From an uncultured Verrucomicrobiae bacterium (lineage in GTDB: Bacteria > Verrucomicrobiota > Verrucomicrobiia > Limisphaerales > JAFGQR01), in NCBI GenBank assembly GCA_963788655.1, contig CAWBHS010000057.1, positions 256,001 through 320,000 of the forward strand: a DNA stretch of 64,000 nt, in the 5' to 3' direction. The notes under the pieces were generated by a model. The model made no database searches, was not told where the DNA came from, and worked only from the letters and a program-made list of their open reading frames with translations. The translations under genes were made by a program, and so were the position numbers. This document shows positions 54,240 to 64,000 of this stretch, piece by piece. Every line of letters begins with the position of its first letter. The first letter of the stretch is position 1.

Positions 54240-55617
54240 GTGATTGATGACACCATCGCCGCGATTGCGACCCCCCTGGGAGAGGGCGGTTTGGCGGTTG
54301 TGCGCCTGTCCGGACCGCAGGCATTGACGGTAGCCGAGCAGTGTTTTCAGCCGGTGGGCAAATCATCCCAGATGCCCGCCGCGGCACCGTCGCACACCAT
54401 TCATTACGGACGAATCGTCCGGGCGGGACGAACGGTGGATGAAGTGCTGCTGTCGATCATGCGCGCGCCACGCACGTTCACGCGGGAAGATGTTGTGGAA
54501 ATCTCGTGTCACGGCGGCCTGTTGCCCGCGAAGCTGTTACTCGACACCTTGCTGGAGAACGGCGCGCGGTCTGGCGGAACCTGGCGAATTCACCAAACGG
54601 GCGTTTCTCAATGGCCGGATTGACCTGGCGCAAGCGGAAGCGGTGGCGGATTTGATTCATTCGCGCACGGAACTGGCTCTGACCGCTGCCAACGAGCAAT
54701 TGGCCGGCAAGCTCTCCCGGCGCATCAATCAATTGCGCGATGATTTAATGCGCGTGTTGGCGCACGTCGAGGCGCACATTGATTTCCCGGACGAAGATAT
54801 TGCGCCGGACACGCGGGACCAATTGCTGGGACGGTTGGAGCGCGGGATTGGCTTCATGGACGAACTGCTCCGCACGGCGGATGAAGGCCAATTGTTGCGG
54901 CGCGGCATTCGCGCCGCGATTGTGGGCCGGCCGAACGTGGGCAAGTCCAGTCTGCTCAACCAGTTGCTGGGGCATGATCGCGCGATTGTGTCGGCCATTC
55001 CCGGCACCACGCGCGACACGATTGAGGAAACGGCAAACATTCGGGGCGTGCCGGTGGTGTTCGTCGATACCGCGGGCTTGCGTGAGTCCGGCGACGAGAT
55101 TGAAGCCGAAGGCATCCGCCGCAGCCAGCAGGCGCTGACGACCGCGGAATTGATTTTGCACGTGCTCGATGCCGCCGAAGCCCTCACGCCCGCCGATGAA
55201 AGATACCTGACTGAGTTCGCGGCCAAGAAACGTATCCTCGTGGGCAACAAAATCGACCTGGGCCGCAAACTACGCTTGCCGGTCGGGGCTGGAGAGCAGG
55301 CGGCGGTCGTCGAAGTGAGTTGCTTGACCGGCAAAGGACTGGAGGAGTTGAAACAGGCCATTAAGCAGATGGTCTGGTCCGGTGAAATCCAGGCGGACAT
55401 GCTGCAAGTGATGATCAACTCCCGGCACCAGGAAGCATTGAAACGGGCGCGCCAAGCCACCGTGCAAACCGTCGAGGCCTTGCAGGCCGATCATTCGCTG
55501 GAACTGGTGGCCCTGGACTTGCGGATCGCGGTCAATGCCGTCGGCGAAATCGTGGGCCAAACCACCACCGAGGATTTGCTCGACTCGATTTTTAGCCAAT
55601 TCTGCATTGGTAAGTAG
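54240..55617 (+). CDS. mnmE: tRNA modification GTPase, frameshift near 54570
   Basis: DTIAAIAT, GEFTKRAFLNG, GRPNVGKSS, GTTRD, DTAG, NKID, C-terminal FCIGK. Confidence 0.96.
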
Positions 55618-55762
55618 CACTACAGCGACAGTTCGGTGAATCGCGGCAGGAGCGCGGCGTTTACGCCGCTTCACCGTCCTATCCCGCAAGCCGCTGGTTG
55701 GCCTTTGGTGCTTGAAGCGCCCTAAAGGCCGCGCGCCTATCGGTGAAAGTGTCGCTGTAGTG
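55618..55762. mobile_element. MITE-like element, copy 2 (145 bp, inverted)
   Basis: CACTACAGCGACA...TGTCGCTGTAGTG; reverse-complement match to 46263-46408; abuts the mnmE TAG. Confidence 0.7.
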
Positions 55763-55881
55763 GCAGTTCTGCGGCAGTGCAATTCCTTGTGCTTCATTGC
55801 CGGTACCCCACAAAGCTGGGGAGGCGCAATTCGTGGGAATCTTCGCCCGTGATTATCGATTGGTGTCCTCGTGGCGGAGGC

Positions 55882-58800
55882 TCACGGTTGGCGCGGTGTC
55901 ACTACCCGATAGAAACGGCTGGACAGACCCGTGGGATCCGTGACGGTTTCAACGTGGTTGGTACTTCGTGCCGCTACATCCGCAAGACGGGTCCAGGCAC
56001 CGCTGCCCAGCATGCTTTGGTACTGCATGGAGTAAGTGAGGTTCGCGGTGGCTTCGAATTGCAGGGTCGTCAAGCCCAGGATCGTGCTGATCTCCATCTG
56101 CAGCAAACTCAGCGCGTTGGTCGGATTGGTGCCAGCTTGATATTCCTGCCCGTCCCTCATCCCATCACCGTCGCTGTCGGCATTCGGGTCATCGACTCCG
56201 TAGGCCGACTCCCACTCGTCGGGCAGGCCGTCGGCATCGGTGTCGGCCAACACGGTAATAGTGGCGACCGCGCTCAGAGTGCCTCCGCTGGGCGTGGCGA
56301 GATTTCGAATCCAGGAACGGTATTGCAGGGTCGTGGCCTGGGTCGGTGCGGTGAAGGTGTAGAAATCCTCCGAGCCATCGAGAAAATGCGTAGCCATCAG
56401 CGTGGAGCCCCGCCGCCACTCGTTCGAGAAGAGCGGAGGACTGGCGGTAAACTCCACGCTCAATGTCACGGTGCCGCCGGCAACCACTGTTTGACTGAGC
56501 GGTTGCTGGAGAATGATCGGCGTGATGAGCGGGTAAAGATGGGCGGTGGCGCTCATAACGGTTCCCTCCGCGCCGGAAACGGCCACATCATAGGCGCCGC
56601 CATCCGCGGCCTGCACATCGGCGATCGTGAAGCTGGTATTGGTGGCATCCGGCAGATCGAGCCCGTTGAAGCGCCACTGGTAGCGGAGTGGGCTCGTGCT
56701 GCTTGCCAGGACGGTGAACGTGACGTTCGTGGTGGGGGCGGCCAAGGGATCTGGACGGACGCGCACGAAAACATCTCCAGGCTGAGTTAGGATATGGGCC
56801 GGCACGAATACGCGCAGCACCGCAGACTGGCTTTGGGCTGATCCCGCTTCGTTAAACACGATTACCGAGTAATCGCCGGCGTGGGCCGGCTGAAGCCCGG
56901 TCAAGGTGAGCGTGGCCCCGTTTGCCCCGGCAAGGGGAGCGCCGTGGAAAAGCCATTGGTAAAAGAGCGGAGCGGCTCCGGCAGCCACAACCTGAAAGGT
57001 TGCCTCCCCGGCCTGCGGGACCGTCACATTGCTCGGCTGCCCGGTGATCAGTGGCGCCGAGCCTCCAGAAAACGGATGGCCCGGCGTGGCGACAGCGGCC
57101 GTCCAACTCGCCGGATCATTGCCGTAAGCATCGCCGGCCAGGCGCTGCAAAGACGGCCCACTACCGTCCGCGGCCGTGGGCCAGGGCGTTTTGTCATTGT
57201 AGCGCACCACGTCCACGGCGATGTAAGGAACGAGGCCATTCGTGTGGGGTAGGCCGGGCCGCTGCAACTCCAGGTGTTCCCCACTGTCCTGGAGAACGCC
57301 CGTCCAGGGGCCCAGGATGGGAACTTCGTTTGGCACGGAATACCTGGTGCGGAAGTCTTCTGGATTCGTGGCCACGACCAAGAGCAATTGATCGGGCACG
57401 AGCAGGAGGTTTGTCGGGAACGCAAATCCCAGCCCGTCCAATCTCCAGGTGTTCGTCCAACGCTCCGGATCGAACAGCGCCACGTTCGTGATGGCGACGT
57501 TCTTTAGTTCGACAAACTCATCATCACCGGCAGCCGGGTGGTAATGGATTTCGTTGATCACCACCGGCCCGGTCCGGGGGCCTAGATTGGCCGCTCGCAA
57601 ACTCGGGGCACCCTGCGCGGGAAAGTCCTCTTCACCGGTACTCAGCACGTAACGGCCAAACGTCTCGCCCGGCGGCGCCGCCCCAAAGCTGAAGCCGTGG
57701 CTGTAACCCGTCAGGTTCGTCGTCGCGTCGCCCGAGAACAGGTACACCGCCTCGCCCGTCGAACTGAACGCGAAGCTGTTATTCGTACCAGGCGTCGGAT
57801 TGAAATCGCTTTCTTCGAGAACGAGATAATCACTCGCGGCAATGATCGAGCCGGTTGGCAGTCGATACTTCATCGGCTGGCCAGGATCGTCCGTGAGGAA
57901 CCAGCCGCCGAGATCGACGGCGCCGGCAGTTGGATTGAACAGTTCCACCGCGTCGGTCTCTGGTGGCACGCTGGCGGAGAGAACTTCGTTGACGAGGACC
58001 GGGGCGATACCCGGTTCCGGATCGTCGGCGCCCGGCGATCCGCCGACCACCGCGCTGGAACGCCAGTTGGCCGGATTGTCCGGATCGGCGTTCCCGTCCG
58101 AGCTTCGCGGCACCAGCGAGAAGCCATAGCCGTCCGGAGGCACCGGCCACGGCGCCTGATCGTCGTAGGCCACGGACACCGCCGGCGTGCCCAGCACGTG
58201 CGCAATCCGGAGCGTTTCGCCGCCGTTGGCAAGCTTGCTCGTATAGCCGCCGTTCACGGCGACCCCCGGATAGCGAGTGGCGAACCGGGCGGGATTGCGG
58301 GCCAGCACGAAAAACTGCCCCGGTGGCAACCGCGTGCCGTTGGGAAACGTAAACGTGATGCCGGACGTGAACGTCATTCCCCCGAGGTTCAAGGTGTTGG
58401 TGCCCGTATTCTTCAGTTCGAGGAATTCATACTCATCGCCATCCACCGCGGTTCCATTCGGGTCCAAGCCCGGGAGCGGGTGATACATAATTTCCGTGAT
58501 GCGTAGCGCGTCAAAGGCCTGCGCCACCTCGAACGTGGCTTCCATGAGCGCGCTCCACGTCGCACCATCGAATGAGCGTGCGCGGACCACGGTGCTCTCT
58601 TCGAGCGTGACCGGCCCAGCGTAAAGGTTGGCCGCCGATGACACCGTTCCGGCCCACGTCCGGGGATCGCTCCCGTCGAGCGTGTAGTAAATCGAGCCGG
58701 CAGGTGCGCTGAGAGTCACCACGGTTCCGGTCACCACCGTGCCGCCGAACTGGCTAAGCAATGGCGCGGCAAGCGTCGGATAAATTCCCGCGGACGTCAG

Positions 58801-61800
58801 TTGCCCCAGCACGATGGACGAGCGCAGGTCGAGGTAGCAATTAGGATTCACCGCAAGTTGGTTGACGAGGTTGAGCCAGTCCCCGTCCCGGGTGTAGGGC
58901 GTGGTCCGTCGCGCGTCCCCCCAGCGCGCGGACTCGGCAATGATGGCGAGATCGATTTCCGCCTTGCGCGCCAGAAAGCGGGCTTTGGCCGACGAGGGTG
59001 TGAAGACGCCGTCGTTGAAGAAATGCTTGTGAATGCGGTCGGCCGCCCGCAGGCGGAAGGTCGGATTGGCCAGCAACCGGTGCCACATCCATTCGGGGCT
59101 GCTGTCGAGCACCGAGGCGTCACCGGCACTGGAGGGCGCCGCCGTGCGATCCGCGTTCACGTTCAACATCGCGATCTCCGCATCGTGGACGAAGAACCGG
59201 AACCCGGCGCGCCCATCGCGAGGTCGGATGGCATACCAGTTGTTGGGCCGGCCGGAGAAGGTGGAAATCGCCGAATCCAGGTTGGCCGTGTAAAGGGTGA
59301 TCAGCATGAAATCAATCAGGTTGTCGGCGTCGAGATAGATGGGGAAAGCGGAATTGCGCGTGCCATCGGGATTGTTGCCAAGCAGCCGTTGGTAAGCCGC
59401 CTCGGTGCTGACGCCGGCCCGGATGAGATTGTAGAGTTCCGTCCAGCCCGTCATGTCGCCGTCAGTCGCGTAAAGCGTGAACGTTCCCCAGTTCACTTTG
59501 ACCACGTCATAGTCTGCCGGCGCGCCGCCAAAGTAGGCGGCGGCGAAGCTCGCTTCGGGGCGTTCTTGCGTATTGGCGAGCCCCCAATACTGGCCGTTGA
59601 GATAGAGGTGATAGTAGTCGCTGCGCGTGGAGGGTTCGCCCATGGCCCGTTGGGTGTCCCGGGAAAAAACATCGCGGAGATAGACCGCGTTGTTGGGATT
59701 GCCACAGCAGTCACCAATGAAACTCCAGGAATCATTCTGGTCCATCCGCAAGTCGAATAATTGGAAAGTGTCCAGCGGCGAACTGGGGAACATCCGGTAA
59801 TTGAGCGCGCTGGCGCCGTACTCGCCCCGGAAAAAGAGGCGAAACGCATGCTTGGGGTTGATGACCATTCGGCTCTGGCCACCGCGGATGCGAACCCCGG
59901 CATCGATCTGAAAACCAGCCTTACCATCGGGACGGAGAAGTTCGACGGAGCCGGGCCGTTCCCAATTCCGTCCGTCACCGCTCGGATTGGCGTAAATTCC
60001 CTGCGCACCGAACAGGTCGTCCTGATCCATCACAATCGAGAATGAAGGAATTGACTTCAGCGCGTCGCGAATCTGACCGCTGTAGGCCGCGTTGGTCACC
60101 ACTCGCGGGTCCATGCCGTAATCCAACACCTGGCCGGTAGGCAAGGGCGACGCCGGCCAACCCGGTGGTGACTGGCCATCGGGCGACTGGCCGACCACGT
60201 CGTTTACAAAAACGTACGTGTGCGTGTCCACGTCGGTCGGAAGCCAGCCGGGCTTGAACGCCGCGGCGCGCAGCGTTGTGGTATCGCTGATCGTCAGCGT
60301 GTTGGTGTAGATCGTTCCGTGGCTTGCCGTCGGCGGGCTGCCGTCGAGCGTGTAACGGATCTCCACCTCGGGCGTCGCCGAGGTGATCGCCAGGGAAATC
60401 GGCACGTCGTAGAACCCGCGGTCCACACTGAATTTAGTGTCCGCCACCTTGCCGAGATAGGCGTCAGTGTTGTTGCGCGCACCGGGTGTGGGCGTTTGGA
60501 GATAGCCCGTGGTGAGTGCCGGCGCCAATTCCGATTCGCCAATCAGCTCCGCCCGGATCAGGAAGTCCGGGCTGCTCGCGGCATCGTTCAATCCTTGAAG
60601 GGCCAGGAGGTGAGCTCGCGCAGCCAGGGAGGCGGCCTCGGGTGTCACATCGATGGACTCCGCCACGCGCGCCGCGGCCAAGGGGCGGTCCGTGAGCGCA
60701 GTCGCGTCGAACGGCAGCGGAACGCCGGCCGTGCCCGGCGCATTACGGCGCGCGATTTCCTGGCCGTCAAGATACGCCACGAAACCATCGTCGTATTGGA
60801 GGCCCAAGGTGACCTTGTCGAACACGGTGGCGTTGTCCAGCGTGAACGGCATTCGCAAAAAGGCCGAAGCGTTGACGCCCGCCATCACCGCACCGACGTC
60901 GGTGCTCACCAGCGAACTCGACACCGCCGATTGCGGGGCGAAGTCACTTGTTCATGAGATAGGCCTCCACCGCCTCACGCTGCGCAGTCGAGACGGAATC
61001 ATAGACGAGGATTTCGGCGATGTCGCCGTCGAGGAACTGGCGGCCAAAGTCAAGGTTGCCCACGGTCAGTTGCGTATCGGCAGCGTAGCTGGCCTGCGCA
61101 TGGAAGGTGCCGCCCGCGCGGTAATCGTTGGTGCCACTCTCATTAAGAATGCGCAGGATCTTCGTGCTGGAAGCCGCGTCGAAGGTAGCAGTGAGGAGGT
61201 AATTTTTTTCCGCCGTCAGATTCGCGGCCGGAAACGCCGCCAGACCGTCGTCGAATGCATCACCCGGCGGCGCAGTGAACCATTTCACCCGCTGGCTCGT
61301 GGAGTCGCTGATGCCCAGCGCATAGCCGCTGATATCGCGGTAATTCCCGATGAAGATGGCGCCGCGTTCTCCGCTGTCAATGCTGGCGACGACATAGACG
61401 CTGAGGGGATTGAGGCGCAGGTCGGCATCATCGACCAGTGTCAGTCCGTCGATATTCCCGTTGAAACGGATCACCGTCCGTTCCCCCTGGGGGAAGGTCG
61501 CCGTTGTGCGCCGAGGGGTTCCACGAACGCTATCAACCCAGTTGCCGTGCAGGCCGCCCGCATCGTCCCACGCGGTCAGGTTGCCGCTGGCATCGGTGGT
61601 GACGCCCGCGTCGGCGGCGAGCCACAGTCGGCGTCCGGTGGCAGGAGGCTGTGGCGGGTCGCTGAGGCCGTAACCAACGCCATTCGTGCCGTCCAACCAA
61701 TCGGTGGGGATAAAATCGGGCAGGGTCCAGTTCGTGCCCAACGTAGCATTGGTGGGAATCCACACGCGGGTGGCCGCATCCGCCGCCACGAGTTTCGTGA

Positions 61801-62248
61801 CGGCAAACGGAGCCGCCTCGCCGTAAGATATATCCACCCGCTGGGCCGGATAATGGAACTGGCTGGCGAGGGTCACGCCATCCGGCTGGACCAATCCCAG
61901 GTACCCTCCGCCGGCGTTCAGACGAAAGTTGGTGTGCAATTCCTCGCCCGCGACTGCGCGATCCTTGCCGGAAGCGAAAATGATGAGGAATTCGTCCGGC
62001 AGCAGTGTGACCTGGGGAAGCCGCCATTTCCGCAGTAGCCCGGAATCATCCGTCAAGAACCATCCGTCCAGGCTCACCGTCGCGGTGCCGGGATTGTGCA
62101 GCTCAATCCAATCGGAATGGTCGCCATCGGTGTCCGTGAGCGTCCGGGCATTGGACGCCATGAACTCACTGATGACCGCCTGACCGGGCGCATTGCTCGC
62201 GCCCAGACCGAGCGCGAGCATCCACACGCTGGTCCATCGCCATCTCAT
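55882..62248 (-). CDS. ~2100-aa surface protein: LTD, LamG-like, Fn3-associated, CotH kinase, LTDs, Ig domains; one extra base near 60945
   Basis: ISEFMASN/DWIELHN and ITEIMYHP/EFLELKN (LTD); IRGGQSR, LNGQYWG, NNWYA, HDAE (CotH); YQW.FNG (Ig); RFYRV end. Removing one G turns NK*L into NKYF, as in the paralogous repeats. Confidence 0.82.
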
Positions 62249-64000
62249 GGTTTGTGCAAGCGATAGAACTTAACGCTGCCGGCGCCTACCGGAAAGAGGT
62301 CTTCGACCACCAACTGGTCGCCTTCCGCGGCACCCGGGCCCAAATCCGTCCAGGTGGTAGCCGGGAGCGTGGGTGAGGATTCCAGGTTGAATCCGGTGCC
62401 GGTGGCTTGCGACCACGAGATGCGCACTCCCGGTCCCTGGGCCAAGGCGGCCGCTTCGATTACCAGAGTTGGTTGGGGGAGACTGAAGTATTTCTCGTTC
62501 AAGTAGGCCTCGACTTCGGCCCGCTGGGTCTCGGAGACGGAGGAGTAAATAAGGATTTCGGAAATGTCTCCCCGCATATACTGGCGATTCCCCTGCAGAT
62601 AACCGAGGGTCAATTGCTCGCCGCCATACGGAATGGGATCGAGCCCACCCACGTTCCCCGCTTCGGTTGCATTCACGAAGAGGGTTTTGAGGCCGGCGCT
62701 GGTGCGGGTTGCAGTCAGCAAAGTGGGCACCTGGTCGCCCAAAGCGCCTCCCGCCGGTTCCAGACTCTGGGGCGGAGCCGTGAACCACTTGACCAGCCCG
62801 GGAGTGCCGTCGCTGATGCCCAAGGCCCAGCCCGCCACGTCCACGTAGTTGCCGACGAAGACCTGCCCGGCCACCGTGTTGTCCACGCTGAGCACGGTGT
62901 AAATGCTGAAGTCCTGCAACTCGAGCAGACCGGCCCCGGCGAGGTTGAACCCGGAGGAACCACTGAAGCGAACTACCGAATGGGATCCGTTGGGAAACAT
63001 AACCTGCTCTAGTGTGGGAGCGCCAATCGCGATGCCGCTGTGGAGTTCGCCGGGCGCTTGATCCGTCCAGCCAAACACCGGGACTGGCTGCTGCGTGTTC
63101 ACGCCGGCATCGGCTCGCAGCCACAACACCATGCCGTTGGTCGGTGGAGCGTTGTTGGCCAGGGGATCGGGTTGAAAATACTTGGCGTTGAGATACGCCT
63201 CGACCTCGGCCCGCTGGAACGCGTCCGCCGAATCGAAAACCAGGAGCTCCGCGATGTCGCCTTGCAAATACTGGCCGATCGGTCCCAGATACCCGACCGT
63301 CAACGCCCCGCCCCCGCCCCCGTAATCCAGGGTCGCCCCGCCCAGCGAATCGGCCAGCGTGCCGTTGACAAAAAACTCTTTGGTCCCGTCGCCGAATGTT
63401 CCCGTGAGCAGGGTCGGCACATGGTTGTCCAAACTGCCCGCTGCTGGTTCCATGCTTTGCGGCGGTGCGGTAAACCATTTCACCCGGCCGGGTGTCGAAT
63501 CGCTGATGCCCAGCGCCCAGCCAAAGGTGGGCTTGAAGTGGCCGATGAAGATCTCCGCGGCCACGCTGTTGTTGACGCTGGCCACGGCGAAAACGCTGAG
63601 ATTGGGCAGCTCCAGGTCCACGTCATTGTCGAGGTCGAAACCGGCCGCGCCGTTGAAGCGAATGACCGGGTGGGATCCGTTGGGAAAGGAGGCTTGTGCC
63701 AGGGCGGGACTCCCGACCGAAGTGCCGTTGTGCTGGCCGCCCGGCGCCTGATCCGCCCAATCAAACACCAGAACCGGCTGGGTTGTGTTCACGCCGGCAT
63801 CCGCCCGCAGCCACAACACCATGCCGTTGGTTGGCGGGGCGTTGTTGGCCGGAGGATCGGGTTGAAAATACTTGGCGTTGAGATACGCCTCGACTTCCGC
63901 GCGCTGGAACGCGTCCGCCGAATCGAAAACCAGGAGCTCCGCGATGTCGCCCTGCAGATACTGACGGTCGATCCCAGATACCCGACCGTCAGCGCTCCAC
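62245..64000 (-). CDS. LamG/ConA-like tandem-repeat surface protein (5' end off the window)
   Basis: ~230-aa repeats LWLRADAGV...WALGISD...GDIAELL...VEAYLNAKYF; C-terminal KFYRL; ATGA overlap with the CotH gene. Confidence 0.75.
   Translation of the reverse strand, partial: WSADGRVSGIDRQYLQGDIAELLVFDSADAFQRAEVEAYLNAKYFQPDPPANNAPPTNGMVLWLRADAGVNTTQPVLVFDWADQAPGGQHNGTSVGSPALAQASFPNGSHPVIRFNGAAGFDLDNDVDLELPNLSVFAVASVNNSVAAEIFIGHFKPTFGWALGISDSTPGRVKWFTAPPQSMEPAAGSLDNHVPTLLTGTFGDGTKEFFVNGTLADSLGGATLDYGGGGGALTVGYLGPIGQYLQGDIAELLVFDSADAFQRAEVEAYLNAKYFQPDPLANNAPPTNGMVLWLRADAGVNTQQPVPVFGWTDQAPGELHSGIAIGAPTLEQVMFPNGSHSVVRFSGSSGFNLAGAGLLELQDFSIYTVLSVDNTVAGQVFVGNYVDVAGWALGISDGTPGLVKWFTAPPQSLEPAGGALGDQVPTLLTATRTSAGLKTLFVNATEAGNVGGLDPIPYGGEQLTLGYLQGNRQYMRGDISEILIYSSVSETQRAEVEAYLNEKYFSLPQPTLVIEAAALAQGPGVRISWSQATGTGFNLESSPTLPATTWTDLGPGAAEGDQLVVEDLFPVGAGSVKFYRLHKP

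Noticed and set aside
15266..55617. Frameshifts in kbl, sdaA, cysS, hydrolases, DUF1080, murQ and mnmE as pseudogenes or programmed frameshifting
   Set aside because: Single-base indels hit essential motifs (cysS KMSKS) with no slippery sites and no other decay; long-read consensus error is the simplest explanation.
60925..60946. Two separate genes (60944-62248 and 55882-60924)
   Set aside because: One extra G creates the TGA; removing it restores NKYF as in the paralogous repeats.

Overview
GC-rich bacterial chromosome segment, most likely Verrucomicrobiota (inferred from a VPDSG-CTERM protein, CotH/LTD/Ig/LamG surface proteins ending in FYR motifs, and many PQQ-propeller/Tat proteins). Single-base frameshifts occur even in cysS and mnmE, which points to long-read indel errors. 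Main blocks: (1) 1-6055, an alginate-like operon on the minus strand (alg8 synthase, PilZ-less membrane-fusion protein, algD, algG-like epimerase); (2) 10.3-17.9 kb, a Thr/Ser catabolism cluster (XRE-cupin regulator, tdh, kbl, sdaA) interrupted by two protease-like genes; (3) 30309-42734, a ~12.4 kb island at tRNA-Leu(GAG) with 29-bp att repeats, paired TGTGCAA boxes, a truncated integrase and RM/TA remnants, carrying a five-gene operon of type III mod, ABC-ATPase, putative nuclease, res and PIN toxin; (4) housekeeping genes (cysS, ispA-like, rpoZ, smpB, mnmE) and a kinase-MurQ fusion; (5) very large CotH/LamG surface proteins. REP-like palindromes and a MITE-like pair are abundant, and two palindromes sit in-frame inside the mod gene. 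All family calls come from motif recognition; no searches were run.
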